Position numbers and translations under genes: made by a program | The notes under the pieces: model-generated | What the model was told of the DNA's origin: nothing | The model's input: only the letters and a program-made list of their open reading frames with translations | Database searches by the model: none | Assembly (NCBI GenBank): GCA_043822245.1 | Contig: JBDRBY010000081.1 | Span: 10,773-74,772, forward strand | Length of the DNA stretch: 64,000 nt | Direction: 5' to 3' | Source: Candidatus Omnitrophota bacterium | Lineage (GTDB): Bacteria; Omnitrophota; Gorgyraeia; Tantalellales; Tantalellaceae | In this document: piece after piece, positions 57,635-64,000 of the stretch | How the letters are laid out: each line of letters begins with the position of its first letter | How positions within the stretch are numbered: position 1 is the stretch's first letter

Positions 57635-57931
57635 ATGTTTATTATCGCTGAATTTGTTCGAAGCTTCGCGCTTTTAATATCGCTTCTTTTTAACATTATC
57701 TACTTTCTACTCATTATCCGAATCATTCTTTCATGGGTTAGCCCGGATCCATATAATGAAATTGTGCGAATTATTTACAAGATTACCGATCCTGTTTTAG
57801 TGCCGTTTAAAAGGCTTCCGCTAAACGTGGGAGCTATAGATTTTTCACCGATTGTCGCGTTTTTAACGCTGAGTGTCGCGAAAAGTTTTATAGTTAGTAT
57901 TTTGTACCAAATTGCGTCACGTCTGGGGTAA
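57635..57931 (+). CDS. YggT family membrane protein
   Basis: Two TM helices, conserved pairing with yggU, and location after proC. Confidence 0.65.
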   Translation: MFIIAEFVRSFALLISLLFNIIYFLLIIRIILSWVSPDPYNEIVRIIYKITDPVLVPFKRLPLNVGAIDFSPIVAFLTLSVAKSFIVSILYQIASRLG

Positions 57932-57967
57932 CAAAAATAGGCAACGTACAGATACGGTTAATCGTGT

Positions 57968-58216
57968 ATGTACGTTGATTTATACCAAATGGCTGAACGA
58001 ATTGAAGTAAAAGTATTTCCAAAATCCTCACGCGAGGAGATTGTCGAAACAGACGGAATTATCAAAATTTATGTCAAGGCGGCTCCGGATAAAGGGAAAG
58101 CGAACGCGGCTGTGTTAAAAATTATAGCGAAAAAATATAAAACGAAAAAAAACAAAATTAAAATAATCGCGGGGCTTACAAACAAAAGAAAGGTAGTGGA
58201 GATATCAAAAGAATGA
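57968..58216 (+). CDS. DUF167 (YggU) family protein
   Basis: ~80 aa, with IKIYVKAAPDKGKAN typical of DUF167. Confidence 0.6.
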   Translation: MYVDLYQMAERIEVKVFPKSSREEIVETDGIIKIYVKAAPDKGKANAAVLKIIAKKYKTKKNKIKIIAGLTNKRKVVEISKE

Positions 58217-59076
58217 AAAAAATAGGGATTATCGGGGGAAGCGCGCTTTACAATATAGAAGGGCTTAAGATTTCGAAGAAGAAGCGAATCAAGACTCCAT
58301 TTGGCGATCCGTCGGATGAATTTGTTTTTGGTGAATTGGCAGGAAAACAAGTAATTTTTTTGCCCAGGCACGGCAGTTCTCATAGCTTGTTGCCGACAGA
58401 AATAAATAACAAGGCGAATATTTACGCGTTCAAAATTTTAGATGTTGACCGCGTTATCTCTGTCTCGGCTGTCGGCAGTTTAAAGGAAGAGATTCTTCCA
58501 CTGGATGTGGTTCTTGTTGATCAATTTGTGGACAGGACTAATCAGGCTAGATTAACAACCTTTTTTGGTGAGGGGATTGTCGCTCATATCCCGTTCGCTG
58601 AACCTATATGCGCTAAGTTAAAAAAGGCCGTGTATGAGAATAATCAAAATCTTGGTGTTAAAATCCATGGCAAAGGCACATATTTGAACATGGAAGGCCC
58701 CGCGTTTTCAACAAAAGCGGAATCTCATCTCTATAGAAGTTGGGGTATGGATATCATAGGCATGACCAATATGCCTGAAGCGAGATTGGCCCGTGAAGCT
58801 GGAATTTGTTACGCTACAATGGCTATGGTAACGGATTATGACTGCTGGCGCGCCATGGGGGAAGAAGAGACGGTTTCGGTTGAAATGGTTATGGAAAATC
58901 TCAGGAAGAATGTGGATACGGCCAAGAAAATGCTGAGTAATACCATTAGGAATATGGCGGACGATTGGTCTTGCCCATGCGGACAAACTTTAAAACACGC
59001 GATTGTTACCCCAAAAGCCGCGGTTCCAAAAGCGACATTGAAGAAATTAAAACCTTTGATTGAAGGAGTTGTCTAA
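58213..59076 (+). CDS. mtnP: S-methyl-5'-thioadenosine phosphorylase (PNP/MTAP family)
   Basis: IGIIGGS...LPRHG motif and the PNP-family fold. Confidence 0.75.
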   Translation: MKKIGIIGGSALYNIEGLKISKKKRIKTPFGDPSDEFVFGELAGKQVIFLPRHGSSHSLLPTEINNKANIYAFKILDVDRVISVSAVGSLKEEILPLDVVLVDQFVDRTNQARLTTFFGEGIVAHIPFAEPICAKLKKAVYENNQNLGVKIHGKGTYLNMEGPAFSTKAESHLYRSWGMDIIGMTNMPEARLAREAGICYATMAMVTDYDCWRAMGEEETVSVEMVMENLRKNVDTAKKMLSNTIRNMADDWSCPCGQTLKHAIVTPKAAVPKATLKKLKPLIEGVV

Positions 59077-59094
59077 AATACGTTACACAAAACA

Positions 59095-61902
59095 ATGGAT
59101 AAGATAGGGTATAAAGACACACTTAATCTTCCGCGCGCCTCATTTTCAATGAAGGCGAATCTTCCTCAGAAGGAGCCTGAGATGCTAAGGGAGTGGGGGG
59201 AACGTGATATTTACGGACAGATACTTAAAAAACGTAAAAACGCGCGTAAAAATTTTATTTTACATGACGGCCCGCCATACGCGAATGGACATATACATAT
59301 GGGCCATGTGCTTAACAAAATACTAAAGGATATGAGTGTTAAGTATTTCACGATGAAGGGTTTTTTCACTCCATTTGTACCGGGTTGGGATTGTCATGGC
59401 CTGCCGGTGGAACATCAGCTTTTTAAGGAACTAAACATAACTAAGCACGAGATTGACCAGGCTACGTTTAGAAAAAAGGCGCGTAAGTACGCCATGAAGT
59501 ATGTAGGCATACAGTCTAAAGAATTTGAACGCTTAGGTATTTTTGGAGATTGGAAAAAACCGTATTTAACGATTGACCGCGCGTATGAAGCGGAGATACT
59601 TGCCGGGTTGGCGGATCTTTACGAAAAAGGATACATCTATAAGGATTTAAAACCCGTTAATTGGTGCAGAAAATGTGAAACAGCGCTCGCGGAGGCTGAA
59701 GTTGAATATGAGGATAAGGCGTCTCCGTCCGTGTATGTAAAATTCAAAGTGGATGGCGATAAGAAAGAGGGGAGCACATATTTTGTCATATGGACAACTA
59801 CGCCATGGACGCTTTTGGCAAACACTGCCGTCGCTCTGCATCCGGAGTTTATGTATTCCGTCCTTACTTCAGGGAGCGAAAATTGGATTATGGCAGAGGA
59901 ATTGGCGGAGCCTCTTATGAAAAAATTTGGTGTAAAAAATTATAAAGAAACCCGAAAAATTAGTGGAAAAACTCTCTCAGAGAAAATACAAAAGGTAAAA
60001 CATCCGTTTTTAGAAAGAGAGTCACGTGTTGTACTGGCTGATTATGTCACAAAAGAAGAGGGCACAGGGTGTGTGCATACAGCTCCCGGCCATGGACAGG
60101 AAGATTATCTAACGGGGAAAAAATACGGCCTTCCTATGATTATGCAGGTGGCACCGAATGGAAATTTTACGGGTGAAGCGGGTGAGTTTTCCGGACAAAA
60201 TGTACTAGAGGCTAATGGTGCTATAATTCAAAAAATGCGGGATAATGGAAGCCTTATTTTGGATGAAGAAGTGATTCACTCTTATCCGCACTGCTGGAGG
60301 TGCAAAGAACCTATAATTTTTCGCGCTACGCGGCAATGGTTTATGAATATAGGCCACCAAGGGCTTAGAGAAAAGATGCTTTCTTCGATTTGCAAAGATG
60401 TGGAATGGATTCCCCGCGTGGCAGAAGAGAGAATAGGTTCCATGATCGAGACCAGGCCGGATTGGTGCCTTTCACGGCAGAGGTATTGGGGAGTGCCTAT
60501 TCCCGCCTTTCGGTGTGTTTCGTGTGAAGAGAGTTTTACGACTAGCGATGTGATCCGAAAAGTATCAAATCTTACCAGGGATTTTGGCGCGGATGTCTGG
60601 TTTGAAAAACCGGCTGGTGAGTTTCTTCCAAAAAATGCTATATGCGGCAAATGCGGCGGGAAAGAGTTTGAGAAAGAAGAGGACATTCTTGATGTATGGT
60701 TTGATTCAGGGGTAAGCCATAAGGCTGTTTTAGAAACGAGAGAAGGTCTTAGTTTTCCCGCGGATTTGTATTTAGAGGGTTCGGACCAGCACAGAGGATG
60801 GTTTCAGTCTTCTCTTATTACGTCAATGGCGATAAAGGGACGCGCGCCTTATAAAAAAGTTCTGACCCATGGATTTGTGGTTGACGGTGAAGGCAAGAAG
60901 ATGTCTAAATCTGAAGGTAACGTTATCGGCCCTCAAGACGTAATGAAGAAATACGGGGCGGATATTCTGCGCCTGTGGGTTTCTTCAAGTGATTATGAGG
61001 GCGACATAAAACTGTCTCCGGAAATATTGGAACGCTTAGCGGATGGATATCGTAAGATACGCAATACTTTTAAATTTTTATTGAGCAACCTATATGATTT
61101 TGACATTTCCAGTAATTCAAGGCCAGTCAAAGGCCTTGAAGAGACGGACAAGTGGATGCTCAGCCGGCTTTATGGGATGGTTCAGGAAATAAATGGTTAT
61201 TATGAGAAATGGGAATTTCATAAAGTGTACAGGGCAGTGTATAATTTTTGTGTCTATGAGATAAGCGCGTTTTATCTTGATGTTGCTAAAGATGTTTTAT
61301 ACGTGGAGTCTTCCGATTCAAGCCAGAGAAGGTCCGCTCAAACAGTTATTTTTAACATACTAGATGTATTAGTCCGGATAACCGCGCCAATACTTTCCTT
61401 TACAGCGGAGGAAGCGTGGGGGTTTATTGAATACAAGGGTAAAGAGACAAGTGTTCATATGGCAGACTGGCCGGATGTCACGGGAGATCTGAAACTTTGG
61501 AAGAATGAGGCGCTTGACGCTAAATGGAAAACTATTTTAGCCTTAAGAGATAATGTGATGAAATTTTTAGAATTAAAACGCTCAGAAGGGCTTATCAAGA
61601 GTTCACTTGAGTCAGCCGTTGAATTTTATTCTGACAAAGAGGACATAAGAACTTTTATCAGGGAAAATATAAAACTTTTCCCAGGGCTTTTTAAGGTTTC
61701 ACAAGCATCTTTGATGGACACCTCTGATAACGAATTTAAGGATATTCCTGAACTTTGTATTAAGATAAAAATAACAAAAGCCGCGGGAAAAAAATGCCAG
61801 AGGTGCTGGAATTTCAGTGAAAATGTTGGGAAAGACAAAGATTTTCCTGATATATGCGAGCGGTGTTTCAGTGTGATACAAGAAAGGAGCCGTCATGGTT
61901 AA
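59095..61902 (+). CDS. ileS: isoleucine--tRNA ligase
   Basis: HMGH and KMSKS motifs, and a C-terminal zinc finger (CQRCW...CERC). Confidence 0.95.
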   Translation: MDKIGYKDTLNLPRASFSMKANLPQKEPEMLREWGERDIYGQILKKRKNARKNFILHDGPPYANGHIHMGHVLNKILKDMSVKYFTMKGFFTPFVPGWDCHGLPVEHQLFKELNITKHEIDQATFRKKARKYAMKYVGIQSKEFERLGIFGDWKKPYLTIDRAYEAEILAGLADLYEKGYIYKDLKPVNWCRKCETALAEAEVEYEDKASPSVYVKFKVDGDKKEGSTYFVIWTTTPWTLLANTAVALHPEFMYSVLTSGSENWIMAEELAEPLMKKFGVKNYKETRKISGKTLSEKIQKVKHPFLERESRVVLADYVTKEEGTGCVHTAPGHGQEDYLTGKKYGLPMIMQVAPNGNFTGEAGEFSGQNVLEANGAIIQKMRDNGSLILDEEVIHSYPHCWRCKEPIIFRATRQWFMNIGHQGLREKMLSSICKDVEWIPRVAEERIGSMIETRPDWCLSRQRYWGVPIPAFRCVSCEESFTTSDVIRKVSNLTRDFGADVWFEKPAGEFLPKNAICGKCGGKEFEKEEDILDVWFDSGVSHKAVLETREGLSFPADLYLEGSDQHRGWFQSSLITSMAIKGRAPYKKVLTHGFVVDGEGKKMSKSEGNVIGPQDVMKKYGADILRLWVSSSDYEGDIKLSPEILERLADGYRKIRNTFKFLLSNLYDFDISSNSRPVKGLEETDKWMLSRLYGMVQEINGYYEKWEFHKVYRAVYNFCVYEISAFYLDVAKDVLYVESSDSSQRRSAQTVIFNILDVLVRITAPILSFTAEEAWGFIEYKGKETSVHMADWPDVTGDLKLWKNEALDAKWKTILALRDNVMKFLELKRSEGLIKSSLESAVEFYSDKEDIRTFIRENIKLFPGLFKVSQASLMDTSDNEFKDIPELCIKIKITKAAGKKCQRCWNFSENVGKDKDFPDICERCFSVIQERSRHG

Positions 61903-62311
61903 CAAAAAAAAGAAGACAGCGGGAAAACCTTATACTAAGAAAGAACTTGAGGCTATAAGAAAGTCTCTGGTGAAGGATAAGGCAAAAATTCTTAAAGATA
62001 TTATCGCTCTCAAAGGGTCGTCTCTGAATAAATCCCTTAAAGACGCCGCGGGAGATCTTTCAGGTTATTCGTTTCATATGGCAGATATGGCAACAGATCT
62101 CTACGATAGGGAGTTTTCTCTTGAATTGGCTGAGGGTGAAAGAGAAAGGCTTTACGCGTTAGATGATGCCCTAACTCGTATTAGGGAAAATAGTTACGGT
62201 AAATGCAGTGTATGCGGCAAGGCTATTCCACGTCAGCGGTTAAAAGCTATGCCACAGGCGGAATACTGTATTGAGTGTCAACAAGATCAGGAAAAGCCCA
62301 CGGATAGATAG
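61895..62311 (+). CDS. DksA/TraR-family C4 zinc-finger protein
   Basis: C-terminal CSVCG...CIEC. The start overlaps the ileS stop. Confidence 0.7.
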   Translation: MVNKKKKTAGKPYTKKELEAIRKSLVKDKAKILKDIIALKGSSLNKSLKDAAGDLSGYSFHMADMATDLYDREFSLELAEGERERLYALDDALTRIRENSYGKCSVCGKAIPRQRLKAMPQAEYCIECQQDQEKPTDR

Positions 62312-62313
62312 CA

Positions 62314-62745
62314 TTGAAGTATATCATCACGGTAGTTATATGCTTTTTAGATCAGTTGTCGAAATTTTTTATTGGCAAATTGATTGTCAGAGGGGACAGT
62401 GTTCCCATAGTCAAAAATATCTTTCACGTAACGCTTGTACATAACACGGGCGCGGCTTTTGGCATATTCAAGTCTTATCCTCATCTGTTTATAGTGATTG
62501 CTTTTTTAGCAGTCGGGTTTATTCTTTATCACTTAAGAAAAGCTCATACAATTAGTATCCTGGAGAGAACGGCTTTTTGTTTTATTCTGGGAGGAATTTT
62601 TGGTAATCTTATAGACAGGATAAGGTTCGGGTATGTGGTAGACTTCATCGATTTTAGAATCTGGCCTGTGTTTAATGTGGCGGACAGTTTTATTACTATG
62701 GGCGCGATTATGTTGTTGTGGTTGATTCTTGAGAGAAAAAGATAA
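62314..62745 (+). CDS. lspA: lipoprotein signal peptidase II
   Basis: Four TM helices with the conserved N and D motifs (FNVADSFI). Confidence 0.85.
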   Translation: MKYIITVVICFLDQLSKFFIGKLIVRGDSVPIVKNIFHVTLVHNTGAAFGIFKSYPHLFIVIAFLAVGFILYHLRKAHTISILERTAFCFILGGIFGNLIDRIRFGYVVDFIDFRIWPVFNVADSFITMGAIMLLWLILERKR

Positions 62746-62769
62746 AAGAGAGAGGGTAGAAAATACAAT

Positions 62770-63528
62770 ATGCATAGAGTTGTTTTTCAAATAGGATCAT
62801 TCACATTATATTCTTACGGAGTATTTGTGGCATTTGGCTTTTTGCTTGGCTCGAGTTTGATCTTGCGGCAAGCAAAAAAAAAGGGTTTTGATTCAGGCAG
62901 CATTTCAGATTGTTTAACTGCCGTTCTTATTGGCGGACTCTTAGGCGGCAGGCTTTTATTTGTGCTTATCAATTGGCAGCAATATTCTCAAAATATTTTG
63001 AGAATATTTATGATTTATGAAGGCGGGTTAGCGGTGCAGGGAGCGGTTGTAATGGGAATTTTGTCCGTAGCGCTGATTTCTCATATTAGAAAACTATCTT
63101 TTTGGAAAGTCAGTGATTTAATAGCTCCATATGTCGCTCTTGGCCAGGCCATGGGGAGGATTGGTTGTTTTTTGAATGGATGCTGTTACGGCAAACCGAT
63201 TGAGTCAGGCATAGGAGTTACTTTACGGGGAGAAAGCTTTAGGAGGATACCTACGCAAATTTATTCAAGTATCGGCCTTTTTTTTATATTCATTTTGCTA
63301 TTGTGGATTAGAAAAAAACATTCCTTTGACGGCCGGATTTTTATTGTATACATAATGCTATATTCTGGTTTTAGATTTTTTATGGATTTTCTCAGGGGGG
63401 ATGAATTAGCCCTTATTTATGGCGTAAAGTTGTCCCAGGCTATAGGTGCCCTGATGTTTGCCGCCGCGGCGGGGCTATACGCGATTCTGCGAAGGCGAGG
63501 TCAAGGTGTCACTAATGAAAAAACTTAA
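62770..63528 (+). CDS. lgt: prolipoprotein diacylglyceryl transferase
   Basis: Signature G(R)xGxFxNxE-like GRIGCFLNGCCYG. Confidence 0.85.
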   Translation: MHRVVFQIGSFTLYSYGVFVAFGFLLGSSLILRQAKKKGFDSGSISDCLTAVLIGGLLGGRLLFVLINWQQYSQNILRIFMIYEGGLAVQGAVVMGILSVALISHIRKLSFWKVSDLIAPYVALGQAMGRIGCFLNGCCYGKPIESGIGVTLRGESFRRIPTQIYSSIGLFFIFILLLWIRKKHSFDGRIFIVYIMLYSGFRFFMDFLRGDELALIYGVKLSQAIGALMFAAAAGLYAILRRRGQGVTNEKT

Positions 63529-64000
63529 ATTCACTGCCGAACTTGCTGACGCGCGAACACGTCTGGATAAGTTTATTACGCTTAACTTGGGTGAAGAATA
63601 TTCCAGGAATTATGTTAAATTTTTAATAGAAAACGGGTTTGTTCATCTCGCGGGAAAGGAAATGAAACCTAGTTATCTTTTACGTAAAGGCGACGAAATC
63701 TCTCTGGAACTAGTGCCTTTGGAAGAGCCAAAATTAGCGGAACCGGAAAATATACCGCTAGACATTCTGTACGAGGATAAGAGCCTTTTGATAGTAAACA
63801 AGCCCGCTGGCATGGTTGTCCATCCGGCCTCGGGCAACAGAACGGGCACTTTTGTTAACGCGTTGCTCTACCATTGTAAAAATCTCGCGGATACAGGCAA
63901 CGGTTTACGGCCTGGTATAGTGCATAGATTGGATAAAGACACGACAGGTGTTATAGCGGCGGTAAAAAATGAAAGAGCTTTAAGGTCACTGGCAAAACAG
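63515..64000 (+). CDS. rluD: RluA-family 23S rRNA pseudouridine synthase (RluD-like), 3'-truncated by window edge
   Basis: S4-like N-terminus (RLDKFIT) and the catalytic HRLDKDTTG motif. The ORF runs off the window. Confidence 0.75.
   Translation, partial: MKKLKFTAELADARTRLDKFITLNLGEEYSRNYVKFLIENGFVHLAGKEMKPSYLLRKGDEISLELVPLEEPKLAEPENIPLDILYEDKSLLIVNKPAGMVVHPASGNRTGTFVNALLYHCKNLADTGNGLRPGIVHRLDKDTTGVIAAVKNERALRSLAKQ

Noticed and set aside
1-64000. rRNA or tRNA genes, integrase/transposase genes, prophage structural genes
   Set aside because: No cloverleaf-like tRNA candidates, rRNA-like conserved stretches, DDE/tyrosine-recombinase motifs or phage structural proteins were recognised in any intergenic or coding region.

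Overview
This is a low-GC bacterial chromosomal segment in which every supported gene lies on the + strand. The possibly new item is a translationally coupled GHKL(MORC-like)-HEPN / Dcm / Vsr operon at the 5' end. I could not match it to a named defense system from memory.

Gene content, in order:
- 1-5660: an accessory defense island. It holds the C-terminal part of a Type III Res-like helicase-nuclease cut by the window edge, a small zinc-ribbon ORF, a GHKL(MORC-like) ATPase fused to a HEPN-like C-terminus, a Dcm C5-cytosine methyltransferase, a Vsr endonuclease and a RES-domain toxin. An imperfect 22-bp inverted repeat flanks the downstream edge.
- 5.8-11.8 kb: three single-domain PilZ proteins interleaved with small or hypothetical genes (TIGR04073-like secreted protein, K/E-rich zinc-ribbon protein, HIT hydrolase, a DUF4416-like protein, and a membrane protein with a degenerate alpha/beta-hydrolase fold). 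Two further PilZ paralogs sit at 11.4 kb and 32.2 kb.
- 11.8-32.2 kb: housekeeping and metabolism genes thi4, panD, def, a GatB/YqeY protein, two CNNM/CorC transporters, a TrkA-C membrane protein, nfnAB-like oxidoreductase, carB, a DUF1846 protein, icd, guaA, purL (with an N-terminal PurS-like domain), purQ and a LOG-family gene.
- 33.2-36.6 kb: a 1149-aa secreted protein whose C-terminus carries a DUF89/ARMT1-like domain, followed by a YkgJ-type cysteine-cluster protein, a malic enzyme and a zinc-ribbon/TM protein.
- 39.4-56.7 kb: a complete division and cell-wall (dcw) cluster, mraZ-rsmH-ftsL-ftsI-murE-murF-mraY-murD-ftsW-murG-murC-murB-ddl-ftsQ-ftsA. It has a consensus promoter and MraZ-box direct repeats upstream. 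No ftsZ follows ftsA.
- 56.8-64.0 kb: proC, yggT, yggU, mtnP, ileS, a dksA/traR-type gene, lspA, lgt and a 3'-partial rluD.

Intergenic space carries several dispersed repeat families, listed under findings.

No rRNA, tRNA or CRISPR array was recognised.
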